64,000 bases of DNA from an uncultured virus (IMG/VR IMGVR_UViG_2548877019_000001) (Duplodnaviria > Heunggongvirae > Uroviricota > Caudoviricetes). Positions 19,905 through 29,306 of this stretch are shown in pieces (the first letter of the stretch is position 1; each line of letters begins with the position of its first letter). The translations under genes were made by a program, and so were the position numbers. The notes under the pieces are model-generated. The model saw only the letters and a list, made by a program, of their open reading frames with translations, searched no databases and was not told the origin of the DNA. The DNA lies in the IMG/VR virus record IMGVR_UViG_2548877019_000001, positions 1 to 64,000 of that record; one strand, written 5' to 3'.

Positions 19905-19906
19905 GT

Positions 19907-20449
19907 TTACTCACCGCCAGACGGCGCCGGGTCGACGACAGTGATCGATACGGTATTCTTAACTGTTGTCTTCACTTTCGATTTTACAGTAATCGTAGCA
20001 GAACCAGCTGCAACCGCAGTTACCTTACCGGAACTAGTCACCGTTGCGATTGACGTGTTGCTTGACGTATATGTTACGCCCTGATCAGCCCCACTAGGCG
20101 ATACTGTTGCGGTAATTTGCTGCGTCTCACCTACGTTTAATGTCTTAGACGATGGACTGACGCTGATGCTTTCCGGATCAGGAACAGGCGTCGGCTCTGT
20201 TGTAACGGAAAGCTCGTCACTCAGCTCCGATGGATTTCCCGCCATTGAGATCGCCCGAACTTGGTATTTATACGTAGTTTCCGGCTTTAAACCACTCTCA
20301 TTAAACGACGTGCCAACGCGGGTCCCGACGGAAACCCCGTCCCTAAAGATTTCGTATTCTTTGATTCCCCCAACAAAGGCTACGGCATCCCAACTGAGGG
20401 ACACCGATGAGTCAGTCGAAGATGCCTTTAGCCCTTGGGGTGCTTTAGG
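19907..20449 (-). CDS. FN3 + Ig-like (Big_2) extension of the major capsid protein (+1 frameshift product)
   Basis: +1 frame from CCC-TAA reads PKAPQGLKASSTDSSVSLSWDAV..., continuous with ORF 19907-20404. Confidence 0.8.
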   Translation of the reverse strand, partial: PKAPQGLKASSTDSSVSLSWDAVAFVGGIKEYEIFRDGVSVGTRVGTSFNESGLKPETTYKYQVRAISMAGNPSELSDELSVTTEPTPVPDPESISVSPSSKTLNVGETQQITATVSPSGADQGVTYTSSNTSIATVTSSGKVTAVAAGSATITVKSKVKTTVKNTVSITVVDPAPSGGE

Positions 20450-21599
20450 GAGTAGTGTCTACTTTAGCGATACGGAATGCAGATTTCAGTTTGATTTTGT
20501 GATCAAAATACGCAGTAAGAACAAATACATTTTCGCCAGTTTTAACGTCTTTGTCGCTTTCGTAAGTGATTGCCGGATCGTAGTTGAAGTGAGAGTAACG
20601 GAAGTCACCGACGATAGGATCAACCGCAGCATCACAGAATTCAACTGGTTTACCGATGATTTGTTCCGGTTGTGCACCGTAAAGAGTTGCACTTCCATTA
20701 GCCAAAGTTTCAATGATTTCGAGATAGTCTGCGTATGTCATCATTACTTTTGCGTTTTCACGGAAGTCTTCTGGAAGATCCGCAATAGCTTTTTTGATCG
20801 CTTTATATTTATCTTCCGCAGTGACTTGCTTAATTCCGGCAGCGTAGAAGGACATTTCCTCTTCTCCCTGTTTCGGTGTTACTGCGAAAGAAACTTTTTT
20901 CTCTTTTGCAGCTAGGCCGGATTGTAAAGCGCGCTCAACTGTAGCGACCAGATCAGTATCAGTAGCCGCCAAAATAGTTTCGGAGATTTTCGCCATAACT
21001 TTGAATTTGCGGCGTCCGAAAGTAACCACATCTCCGTCTACTTCAAGTTCTTTAGCAGTCTGTAAATCTTGGATGAAATCATCATCGTCAAGGGAAAAAT
21101 CAACTTTAGGGATTTCGAGATTTGTTACACTTGTATACGTTGAAAGTTCACGCAACGGATTCTTTACAAAAGGTTCGTGAATAAGTTCTTCGGAAACTGT
21201 TTTAGGAAGGAGTTTCTCCCCACCTGTTCCGTTATTATCTCCTAGCGCAGCACGTACTTCAGGAGCCGGTACCTCTTTTCTCATTGTTGCACGGATTAAG
21301 CCTGCTTTAGCAGAAATTTTCTTAACCTTTGGATCTTCGCTGTTAAGTCCAGCAGACGCGCCTGCTTTTGCTTTTTCAAGACTTGCTTGAATTTTAGCTT
21401 TTTGTTCCCGCTCTAAAGTATCGTGTTGATTTTGCAGGATGTCCATACGCTCTTTAAGATCGTCTCTTTTTTGTTTTAGAGACCGTACTTCATCGATAGA
21501 AGCGTTAGGGTCAGCCGCTTTGTTCATGATTTCCTTTTCAACCGATGCTAATTGTGTTCCTACAGTGTTTAAGTTTGCCTTCAGATCAAATAGTTCCAT
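20445..21599 (-). CDS. Major capsid protein, HK97 fold
   Basis: Coiled-coil delta domain, GGEKLLPKTVSEELI, IIGKPVEF, VGDF. Confidence 0.95.
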   Translation of the reverse strand: MELFDLKANLNTVGTQLASVEKEIMNKAADPNASIDEVRSLKQKRDDLKERMDILQNQHDTLEREQKAKIQASLEKAKAGASAGLNSEDPKVKKISAKAGLIRATMRKEVPAPEVRAALGDNNGTGGEKLLPKTVSEELIHEPFVKNPLRELSTYTSVTNLEIPKVDFSLDDDDFIQDLQTAKELEVDGDVVTFGRRKFKVMAKISETILAATDTDLVATVERALQSGLAAKEKKVSFAVTPKQGEEEMSFYAAGIKQVTAEDKYKAIKKAIADLPEDFRENAKVMMTYADYLEIIETLANGSATLYGAQPEQIIGKPVEFCDAAVDPIVGDFRYSHFNYDPAITYESDKDVKTGENVFVLTAYFDHKIKLKSAFRIAKVDTTP

Positions 21600-22336
21600 T
21601 AAATGATTCCCCCGTTTTGAAGTTTTAGTAAATTCGTTTGTGCTTCCGCGATAAGCTGCTCACGGAACAGGCGCTCTTTTTCCGCCTGCTTTTCGTCCTC
21701 TTTCGTCTGATTAAGAAGCGATTCCGGAGTGTTCCGGTACTTCGCAAATAACTGCGTATCCACTTTCGCAACCGCAGCGCTAGGAGCTTCGATAGAATCA
21801 CACAGCCCTAATTCGAGACATTCTTGCGCCGTCAGCCACGTTTCTGCGTCCATAAGTTCGATCAAACGATCACGATTGAGTTTTTCGCCTGCTTTTCCGA
21901 GATATGCCTCGATAAGACTTTCGCGAATACGATCCATGTCGTCGGCTTGTTTGCGGAGTTCTTCCGCATTGCCTTGCGCAACAGTCCACGGATTATGAAT
22001 CATCATCATCGCGTTTGCAGGCATAAAAATAGCGTCACCGGACATTGCGATGACACTTGCGATAGAGGCCGCCAGCCCGTCGACGTAGACGTTAACGTGG
22101 GCTTTGTGCCGCTTTATGATGTTGTAGATCGAATTCCCTTCGAAAACAGAGCCGCCTGGCGAATTAATATAGATATTTAGCGCAGATACTTCGCCAAGTC
22201 CGTCTAAATCCTCCTTGAAAGTTTGCGTAGTCACTTCGTCCCCCCAGAACTGGGCCGAACTGATTTCACTGTAAATGTAAATCTCGCCTGTTTTAGCGTC
22301 ATTCTTCGCCGCTTTGATTTCCCAGAACTTCTTTAT
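21599..22336 (-). CDS. Head maturation protease, ClpP family (probable ATA start)
   Basis: INSPGGSV, DGLAASIASVI, MMIHNP, ETWLTA; AGGAGGTG SD upstream of ATA-AAG-AAG-TTC-TGG. Confidence 0.92.
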   Translation of the reverse strand: MKKFWEIKAAKNDAKTGEIYIYSEISSAQFWGDEVTTQTFKEDLDGLGEVSALNIYINSPGGSVFEGNSIYNIIKRHKAHVNVYVDGLAASIASVIAMSGDAIFMPANAMMMIHNPWTVAQGNAEELRKQADDMDRIRESLIEAYLGKAGEKLNRDRLIELMDAETWLTAQECLELGLCDSIEAPSAAVAKVDTQLFAKYRNTPESLLNQTKEDEKQAEKERLFREQLIAEAQTNLLKLQNGGII

Positions 22337-23597
22337 CGTCCTCACCTCCTTTCGAGTCCTCGTTATCATCTTCGTTAATTTCTAACGATGGAGGCGTCGG
22401 GGCATCAGCCGATGTGATTTTCTGTTGCGCAACCTGGTCGATTGGAAATAAATCTTTGCTTAAATAAAGCGTGTCTCCGCCCTCTTCTGGCGGCAAATCC
22501 TCCCATGCACGCACCTCATTCGGCTTAAACCAGCCGCTCCGGATGCCTTGTTGATAGAAATTACCGCGGGTCTGCATGTCTCCGCGCAATAACGCGTTCA
22601 TACTAAACTTAAAATAATAACCGGACTTGCGCTCCTTTTCAGTCAGCAGCTTCCGGTTGAATTCTTTTTCGTACTGAGTTGCGATAGGCATTAGCGTTCC
22701 TTGTACATAATCGATATAAAGTTGCTCCATATTGGAGACGCTGCCCTGTGTCTCGCCAAGCATGTACAACGGAATATTAAAGGCCTGCGCGACTCTTGAA
22801 CGTGTCACTTTTTCGACCTCAAACGCCTTTGTATCGATGAATTCCTTCTTTAATTCGCGGATTTTTACCCCTGGTTCCTGAATTAAGAGGCCGCCGTTGT
22901 CTTTATAGAAACTTTTAAAGTTCTCTAACATCTTTTCTTTGCGCGTATCGTCGAGTTGGTTCGCTAATTCCAAAATGAATGATATCTTTGCTCCATCCAT
23001 TTGTTCTAGACTGAAAAGCCGGACATCTCGATCAAAGTCGAGGGCGTTCCGCAGAACCTTTAGCGGTGAGATTCCTTTTAGACCGTCTACCGACGTATTT
23101 TTAACGTGAATCATGTCCATGTTGTGAACGAAATAATTTCCGTTGTCTCCTAAAATCTCGTACCAAAGATCCCGAGTAGTCTCTTCAATCACCGGCTGCA
23201 CTCTCGAAGGATCCAAAACCTCTAATCCAACGACTTCATAACGCATTCCGTACCGTTTTATTGCGTAAGCATTGCCATATACGGCCCGATGCGTCTCCAA
23301 AAGGCCGATAAATTGCCCGGATGTCATGTTATGATTCGGCGCGTATGTCAGAAGCTCGGAAGCCTGAGACTCAATCGGTTGATAATTTTTATACGCCTTG
23401 ATCGGTAGGCTTGACATCGTGTTTGATAATCGCGACACAGCCGAGAAAACTGTTTCGTTGTCAGCCAGCGCATGTTCTCCGTAATTTCCTAGAATAGTAG
23501 CTCGAGGAATATACCAGTGTGTTAGATCCCTTCTCGTTTCTGCCTTGACATCGGATGGCTTGCGAAAAAAGTTCCGAACATTGCTCCAAAAGCCCAA
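22299..23597 (-). CDS. Portal protein, HK97 family
   Basis: YGNAYA, DMIHVK, GISPL, LLRGD, PNEVRAWEDLPP. Confidence 0.95.
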   Translation of the reverse strand: MGFWSNVRNFFRKPSDVKAETRRDLTHWYIPRATILGNYGEHALADNETVFSAVSRLSNTMSSLPIKAYKNYQPIESQASELLTYAPNHNMTSGQFIGLLETHRAVYGNAYAIKRYGMRYEVVGLEVLDPSRVQPVIEETTRDLWYEILGDNGNYFVHNMDMIHVKNTSVDGLKGISPLKVLRNALDFDRDVRLFSLEQMDGAKISFILELANQLDDTRKEKMLENFKSFYKDNGGLLIQEPGVKIRELKKEFIDTKAFEVEKVTRSRVAQAFNIPLYMLGETQGSVSNMEQLYIDYVQGTLMPIATQYEKEFNRKLLTEKERKSGYYFKFSMNALLRGDMQTRGNFYQQGIRSGWFKPNEVRAWEDLPPEEGGDTLYLSKDLFPIDQVAQQKITSADAPTPPSLEINEDDNEDSKGGEDDKEVLGNQSGEE

Positions 23598-23608
23598 TTT
23601 CTCACCTC

Positions 23609-25390
23609 CTAACCGTTTAATAGATCGCTAATTGAGATAAATCCGACGCTTCCGCCCTCAACCGGCTTCGTCATATCGAGATAAACCTGTGTATGTGCGT
23701 TCAGAAAAGCCGCAAAGCCATCGATTTTCCGGTACCTCGTTTGTTTAGTCGGCAACCAGTTACCGTTCCGATCTTCGACGAGCTTGACGTTGTTTAGATA
23801 CCATGTGAAAAGCTTGTTTTCGTTGTAAACGACGTTTCCGTCAAGCAATAATTCTTTGATATGCTTTAACGGGTCACTCAGAGTAATGTACCCTTGTCGC
23901 ACAACTTCGGTTTGAAATCCGTAGTTTTGAAGATCGTGAACCAATCGCATCGCATTCGCTGGGTCAAACGTGATCTTATCGATCTGATATTTACGCGACA
24001 TTTCAACGAACCAGTCGTAAACGTACTCGTACTGAACGTAATTTCCGGGTATAATCGTCAAAAAACCGTCGGCTTCAAACCCACGGTAGTCGATTTTTTC
24101 GTTATCTTTTTGTACTTTTGCCGCCGGTACCCACGAATGAGACATAACAAAAACGCGATTATCCGGCAGCAAAAACTCCAGACACGCGCTTGTAAAGTCT
24201 TCCGTTTGTGATAAGTCGAAGCCGCCAATGCATCTCATACCACGCAACGATTCCGGATCGACATGTCCGTTATTGCTCTTGATGACTTCGAAGTCTATGA
24301 AGCTTTCCTCTCCGTTATCCACGAAGATATTAAACCGTTTGACCAGCCAGTCGTTGTATTCACGAGGGACGTGACGGTCCGCATTGAAGTCCTGAATCAT
24401 TGACGGAATATCCATCGTTACCCCAATGTTAGGGTTCGCTTTGATCCACATTTCCGGGTTTTCCACCTCAGAAATGTCGTCTAATTCGGCCATAAAGTAA
24501 AAATTCCGCTCCTGAACGTTAGATCCGTCCAAAACATCGGAAGCAATTTCGTAATATTCGACGAGAGGCCCGTCGAGTTGATAGCCGGCCGTCGTGATGT
24601 AGATGATCAACGGCTGCCGTCGAGCTGCCCTTGAGTTCTTGATTACGCTGATCAATTTTGAATCTTTGAATTCGTGTATCTCATCGAATATGCCGAGGTG
24701 CGTATTCAAACCGTCTAACTTTTCGCTATCAGACGCCCGTGCCTCGATCTGACTCATGGACGCGTCATGGTAGATGCCTTTTTGATTCTCGCGCAGACGC
24801 TTCCGAAGTACCGGCGACTTCTGAACCATTGCACGACTTTCCTCGAATAAAACACCCGCTTGTTGCTTCGAGTTTGCTAAGACGTAGGCCCGAGCGCCCG
24901 GTTCGTCGTCCTTTGTTATCGCAAAATTGGCTAAACCGCTGATTTTCGTTGTTTTTCCGTTCTTCCGCGCAACAAAAACAAGGCCTTCACGGAATCTCCG
25001 AAGGCCGGTATCGCGATGAACCCAACCGTACAGTGATCCGATCACAAAATGTTGCCACGGTTGAAGCGTCAAACTGTTGTATTGTCCTTGAGACGGTTTA
25101 CAAAACTTCTCGATAAACTGTATGGGGCGATGCCCTTTTTCTTCGTTAAAAACGTATGGAAATTCGTCTGTTCCTGCGCGTTTTAAATCGCGAAGATGTC
25201 GTTTACAAGCGAGAATATTTTTCTTACTTGCGATTATCTCCCCGGAGACTACTTTTTCCGCATACCATGTTGTAAGCAACTTTTCCGCCGGTTTTTCGCG
25301 TATAAATCCGGCTATTTTTTGCGTTTTTAGCCAGTTTTTATACCATTTTTCGATGTCTGTCGGGTTAGAGCTGATCGAAACCGTCGTCAT
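23609..25390 (-). CDS. terL: Terminase large subunit
   Basis: LQPWQHF, ARKNGKT Walker A, IFDEIH, ITTAG, GFDLS, KIDG. Confidence 0.96.
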   Translation of the reverse strand: MTTVSISSNPTDIEKWYKNWLKTQKIAGFIREKPAEKLLTTWYAEKVVSGEIIASKKNILACKRHLRDLKRAGTDEFPYVFNEEKGHRPIQFIEKFCKPSQGQYNSLTLQPWQHFVIGSLYGWVHRDTGLRRFREGLVFVARKNGKTTKISGLANFAITKDDEPGARAYVLANSKQQAGVLFEESRAMVQKSPVLRKRLRENQKGIYHDASMSQIEARASDSEKLDGLNTHLGIFDEIHEFKDSKLISVIKNSRAARRQPLIIYITTAGYQLDGPLVEYYEIASDVLDGSNVQERNFYFMAELDDISEVENPEMWIKANPNIGVTMDIPSMIQDFNADRHVPREYNDWLVKRFNIFVDNGEESFIDFEVIKSNNGHVDPESLRGMRCIGGFDLSQTEDFTSACLEFLLPDNRVFVMSHSWVPAAKVQKDNEKIDYRGFEADGFLTIIPGNYVQYEYVYDWFVEMSRKYQIDKITFDPANAMRLVHDLQNYGFQTEVVRQGYITLSDPLKHIKELLLDGNVVYNENKLFTWYLNNVKLVEDRNGNWLPTKQTRYRKIDGFAAFLNAHTQVYLDMTKPVEGGSVGFISISDLLNG

Positions 25391-25688
25391 TTTCTTCACC
25401 GCCCGCGTTTAATTCTTTTCTTTGAGCCGGCGTAAGATCGAGCGATTTCAGAAGATTGTTTAACGTCGTCACCGTCTTCGTAAGCTCAATCGCTAACGGA
25501 TTTTTGACAAGGTTCTCCGCGCCTGCTTTGTTCGTATGCCGCATCATTAAAGGGTTCTCGGCTACTTCCTTTTTTAGTCGGCGGTAAAACTTATGAGTGT
25601 CAACGTAGAGTTCGATCAGTTCTTCATCCGATTCTTTATACCTGTCTCCGAGGTATTCCCGGATTTTTTTCGCTGTCGGTACCGCCAT
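25365..25688 (-). CDS. terS: Terminase small subunit (P27 family)
   Basis: KNPLA...SLDLTPAQR motif upstream of terL. Confidence 0.88.
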   Translation of the reverse strand: MAVPTAKKIREYLGDRYKESDEELIELYVDTHKFYRRLKKEVAENPLMMRHTNKAGAENLVKNPLAIELTKTVTTLNNLLKSLDLTPAQRKELNAGGEENDDGFDQL

Positions 25689-25699
25689 TAAAACACTCC

Positions 25700-25807
25700 T
25701 TTCATTCGGGGAGACCCCCCTTTAATGTAAAATTTCTGGTCGCGCAACAAGCGAAGGGGGCCCGCCGGTCCCTTGTATTTTTGTTTTTTAGTCCAGAGGG
25801 GAGGGGG
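25700..25807. other. Probable cos/packaging-initiation region
   Basis: GC-rich runs (GACCGGCGGGCCCCC, CCCCCTCCCC on minus strand) between HNH and terS, the usual cos position in HK97-type phages. Confidence 0.5.
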
Positions 25808-26146
25808 CTATAATTCGGGGTTAGCCTCTGTCTTTACAACCCTGATTTTTCTCTGTTTCTTCTCTGTTTTGGCACTTTTCTGCCCCTTCTCCGGATGGCG
25901 TTTGTTGTGGCAGGAATTGCAAAGGCTGACCAAATTTGATGCATCTAAAGCTAATTCAGGGTATTCTCGCAGCTCCTTTATGTGGTGTACAGTCTCTGCT
26001 TTAGTGATCGTTTTATTAGCGAGGCAGTCTTGGCACAGGTGATGGTCGCGCTTGAGTACTAAGGCCCGGCACTTAGCCCAGGCTGTAGACTTATAGAACG
26101 CTCGTGCTTCGGGATCGCGCTTATGTTTGTCATAGTAGTTACTCAT
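25808..26146 (-). CDS. Terminase-associated HNH endonuclease
   Basis: FYKSTAW, RDHHLCQDC, VHHI, NLVSLCNSCHNKRH. Confidence 0.95.
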   Translation of the reverse strand: MSNYYDKHKRDPEARAFYKSTAWAKCRALVLKRDHHLCQDCLANKTITKAETVHHIKELREYPELALDASNLVSLCNSCHNKRHPEKGQKSAKTEKKQRKIRVVKTEANPEL

Positions 26147-26313
26147 CGCCTTGCACCCGCCATGAATCGCGTTAAGGTTAACGCTGGACCCAGTCGTATT
26201 AATCTAGGCTTACAGAACGGACGGCCTGCCAGTTGTATAAATCCAAGCTCATAGTCGCGTTCCTTTCGTTGCTCTCGTAGGTATCTATAACGCTGCTTAC
26301 GTTCTCTATTCAT
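26143..26313 (-). CDS. Small basic hypothetical protein, 56 aa (MNRERKQRYRYLREQ...)
   Basis: Not in ORF track; overlaps both neighbours (ATGA with the HNH start). Confidence 0.55.
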   Translation of the reverse strand: MNRERKQRYRYLREQRKERDYELGFIQLAGRPFCKPRLIRLGPALTLTRFMAGARR

Positions 26314-26548
26314 AAGCTCGTTCGCCTACCGCAAGTTCCTTCGTCTCTACAACCGGAGCGCCTGTGCTATCCTTAGTGTGTTTGATACGGTAATAAGTAG
26401 AGCCGCATTGGTCTGCGTCTTTAGTACGCCACTCGAAGTCTACCGCAATACGACCGGTAATTTCTTCGCCTTTGTATATGACGCGTGGTATCGATTGTTC
26501 ATCCGTGAGTTCTATCGTTAGTAAGTTCGGTTTAGGTTTGACCTCCAA
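26306..26548 (-). CDS. Hypothetical protein
   Basis: GGAGG RBS, operon packing. Confidence 0.75.
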   Translation of the reverse strand: MEVKPKPNLLTIELTDEQSIPRVIYKGEEITGRIAVDFEWRTKDADQCGSTYYRIKHTKDSTGAPVVETKELAVGERAYE

Positions 26549-26550
26549 CG

Positions 26551-26856
26551 CTATCCCTCCGTTTCCTTCCGTTTATAGCGTACTTCTAATCCTCCATCGT
26601 CATTTACCGCAAAGATAAACTCGTTAGCTCCATCGTTCATTAGTCCGGATATGACGCTTTTCGTTGCCTCCCGTTCTTCTTCCGTACTGTATCCCGGAAG
26701 CTTTACCTTAACGTAATTCTCTCGCTTCGCTGTAGTAAACGTGATAGGCGTTACATAGCCGGTATAAGGCTTAGTAGATACGGACGTACTGCCGTACTTA
26801 CTACGTATATACTTGACCGCATTAAGCGCAGCATTAATCGGATTAGCCAACGTCAT
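26551..26856 (-). CDS. Hypothetical protein with N-terminal SLT-like fragment
   Basis: AAGGAGG RBS; NPINAALNAVKYIRSKYGS resembles the TMP motif. Confidence 0.7.
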   Translation of the reverse strand: MTLANPINAALNAVKYIRSKYGSTSVSTKPYTGYVTPITFTTAKRENYVKVKLPGYSTEEEREATKSVISGLMNDGANEFIFAVNDDGGLEVRYKRKETEG

Positions 26857-27087
26857 CCCTCCTTTCTCGTACTAAAGTGTCAATCACTCTACGGTGATTT
26901 ACCAATCCGACGCGCCCCACCAATATCGTTGCACTTTGTCTTTATCTTTTATATAAGTTCTTTATCGCGATAAGGTACTTAATAGACTACTAATATCTGC
27001 GTATCGTATGAGCGCAGCGAATAGAGACGCTATTATTTGTTTCTCTTTTACATATTGCTCTTTTACTTCTTTCTCTTTTTACAATCC

Positions 27088-27149
27088 GTCCTGTGCATAC
27101 GATCGATAGTATGTCCTGCGCATATTACCGGTAGTATGTCCTGTGCATA
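27088..27149. repeat. Three 12-bp direct repeats, 25-bp period (iteron-like)
   Basis: GTCCTG(T/C)GCATA at 27088, 27113, 27138. Confidence 0.85.
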
Positions 27150-27161
27150 CTATGCGTCATA

Positions 27162-27701
27162 TCAACGTTTTCGACGCTTCGGCAAGTACACGCTAAAGTC
27201 CGGTCGCACCGTTTCGCCGAACTCATTAACGATATATCCATCGTCAGTTATGTGCGGACAGAACGACGGAAAGTACCACTTGAAACGCTTTGTCCCTTCG
27301 TAATGTCCGGTCGTCCGTATGATCCCGTTAGTCTCTAAGATCGCGGCCAGCAGATTAATCCGGTTACGATCGACGCGAAGGTGCTGCTGAATAGTTTCGT
27401 AGTTTAAGAAGCAAGCGCCGAACCTATCGTTAAGGCTTCCGTCACTGCGCGTATAGTTACCGTCGATATACGACTGCAACAGAAAGTAAAACACCACCAC
27501 ATCGCGTATCTCAGGCTTTCGTTTGTAGTCCGCATAGACTACATCATAAGCTTCGTTAATCAAACGCGGAAATACCTTGCGCATAAGCTCCCGACTGTAT
27601 ACCTCGAACCCTTGCGGATTGTCTAAGAGCGCGGCTTTGTCATTCGGCATTGGCTTGCGGTCTGGTTGGTCTCTGTTGTTCAGCGCTACAACGTTACTCA
27701 T
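27162..27701 (-). CDS. Winged-HTH/Rep-like protein
   Basis: ACFLNYETIQQHLRVDRNRINLLAAILETNGII motif; ATG 27701 after GAGGAGG. Confidence 0.6.
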   Translation of the reverse strand: MSNVVALNNRDQPDRKPMPNDKAALLDNPQGFEVYSRELMRKVFPRLINEAYDVVYADYKRKPEIRDVVVFYFLLQSYIDGNYTRSDGSLNDRFGACFLNYETIQQHLRVDRNRINLLAAILETNGIIRTTGHYEGTKRFKWYFPSFCPHITDDGYIVNEFGETVRPDFSVYLPKRRKR

Positions 27702-28068
27702 CCGCCCCCTCCTCAACGTAAATAACTTCGGCTGCATTATCGATAATCCATCGAAACATTGGATCGTTTACAATCGGATTATCCGCGTAGCCCGGTAGCA
27801 TAAATAGCGATATGTTTTCCGGATTTATGCCGTCCAGTACGTAAGGATTACGCGATACAAATTGCGTGTACTTATAGCTCGGATAGTTCGTTTTCACCCG
27901 TTTCCATATCGTTTTGGCTTCGCTAACGGTCCTTCCTACAACGAGAGCGAGTCGCCACTCTTCTTGTTCAGGGCCGTCGGACAGAGCGAAAAAGGCTTGG
28001 CGCAATTCATCGAGCTGTTCGTCATATTCGTCGCTGGCGGTAAGTTTAACGGTTATTTTACCGCTCAT
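27694..28068 (-). CDS. Hypothetical protein
   Basis: AAGGAGG RBS, overlapping neighbours. Confidence 0.75.
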   Translation of the reverse strand: MSGKITVKLTASDEYDEQLDELRQAFFALSDGPEQEEWRLALVVGRTVSEAKTIWKRVKTNYPSYKYTQFVSRNPYVLDGINPENISLFMLPGYADNPIVNDPMFRWIIDNAAEVIYVEEGADE

Positions 28069-28336
28069 CAGCGCTCCTCCTTCGAATTTCCTTTCCGACC
28101 AGATAAACGGTAGGCTCTTCGTCTAACCTATCGAATATAGACCGCAATGATCGGGCCGTCTCCCAACCGTCAGCTAACGGTTTCTCACCGAGCCGTTCAG
28201 CTAGGTCCTGAAATTCGGCCAGCGCCTTAGTCGCCGCCTTTGCTTCGCGTTGAACCGCCTTGAGTCCGGTTATCGCGTCGGATACATCCAAGTCGATTTT
28301 AATTTTGCCGATTGATTCGCGCTTTGATTCCGCCAT
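28058..28336 (-). CDS. Hypothetical protein
   Basis: AAGGAG RBS, first gene after the structured leader. Confidence 0.75.
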   Translation of the reverse strand: MAESKRESIGKIKIDLDVSDAITGLKAVQREAKAATKALAEFQDLAERLGEKPLADGWETARSLRSIFDRLDEEPTVYLVGKEIRRRSADER

Positions 28337-28421
28337 TCACATCGTCTCCTTTTTCGTTTCTTTATCCACCGGGCTTGGTCCGCATCGTTGAGAGGCGTTC
28401 CGGCTTATTTATCGCAAGCAC

Positions 28422-28452
28422 AAAAAGAGCGACCCATATTCGGATCGCCCTC
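28422..28452 (-). terminator. Intrinsic terminator within the late leader
   Basis: GAGGGCGATCC-gaatat-GGGTCGCTCTTTTT. Confidence 0.7.
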
Positions 28453-28608
28453 GTTCTGATTGCGTTATTAACACCCGCCGCCTCAAGGTAGGGCGACGTA
28501 GTTTTCGGAAGGTAAGACCGAAAATAACCCTTCCGCGCGGATATGGGAGCGTTGATCAGGCGCTCAAAAACCATTCCGCTTATTTTGCGAGTTGTCTCGC
28601 TACCCGGA

Positions 28609-28691
28609 AAATCACACGAAATTAGCGTTTCTAACCGTTACCCTACCGAATACCCTCGGCGAAGGCTAAGGCGTCTAATTTCGTGTGATTT
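28609..28691. repeat. Palindromic element, copy 1
   Basis: 17-bp perfect inverted repeat AAATCACACGAAATTAG/CTAATTTCGTGTGATTT around TACCCT..ATACCC. Confidence 0.85.
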
Positions 28692-28710
28692 GCGCGTGAA
28701 AATCGTTACG

Positions 28711-28872
28711 CTATTCCGTTTTGTATTCGTCAATAACTCCGCAAATGTACGCATCAACACCGTTATAGGATTAGTTAGTGGTCCGTTCTTCGAAATCAGC
28801 GAGAGCATCTTCGTAATTGTCGTAGATCGCTTGGCTAGCGTCACAATAGTCGCTGAATACTACGTACTTCAT
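28711..28872 (-). pseudogene. Small acidic ORF with internal TAA (33 aa + 19 aa)
   Basis: GGAGGTG RBS; MKYVVFSDYCDASQAIYDNYEDALADFEERTTN*SYNGVDAYICGVIDEYKTE*. Confidence 0.5.
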
Positions 28873-28967
28873 ACGAGAACACCTCCGTTTATATCGCCGC
28901 AATATGTACTAAAAGGACGCCAATGTGCGGCTAGTGCCCGTTGTTGCTCCGTAGTTGTAGCGTCCTT

Positions 28968-29001
28968 CTCATAACGTATAGACAACTACGCGTGTAAAAG
29001 T
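28968..29001 (-). promoter_or_regulatory. Putative phage late promoter, copy 1
   Basis: ACTTTTAC..CG..TAG.TGTCTATACGTTATGAG, 30/34 identical to 35449-35482. Confidence 0.65.
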
Positions 29002-29255
29002 TGATATATTAACGGAATATTTTCGAATGTTTTAAAACATAGCGCCCACTCCGTCGCTTACGCTCCTCCGTGTCCGCGGATATTATTAAGACCTTATCGC
29101 GATACAATTATTTATACAATATACATGATTGCGTTTCTGCGGGACGTAGTGAAACGTAGTTCCCGCTAGTCTTCGAATTCAGAAGACTAAGAAGTAATTC
29201 CGCACTCAAAATCGCTGTATCCCTTGCGGCTGTAAGCACGAACCCCATTTTCGCA

Positions 29256-29306
29256 TGTACGAATAAAGTCGTGTTTTTGGCCGATTTGTACGAATAAGAT
29301 CGTGTT
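29256..29306. repeat. Two 20-bp direct repeats, 31-bp period (iteron-like)
   Basis: TGTACGAATAA(AG/GA)TCGTGTT at 29256 and 29287. Confidence 0.8.

Noticed and set aside
27088..27149. Regularly spaced repeats as a mini-CRISPR array
   Set aside because: Repeats are 12 bp with 13-bp, partly identical spacers and there are no cas genes; the Cas4-like gene at 46300 sits in the replication module
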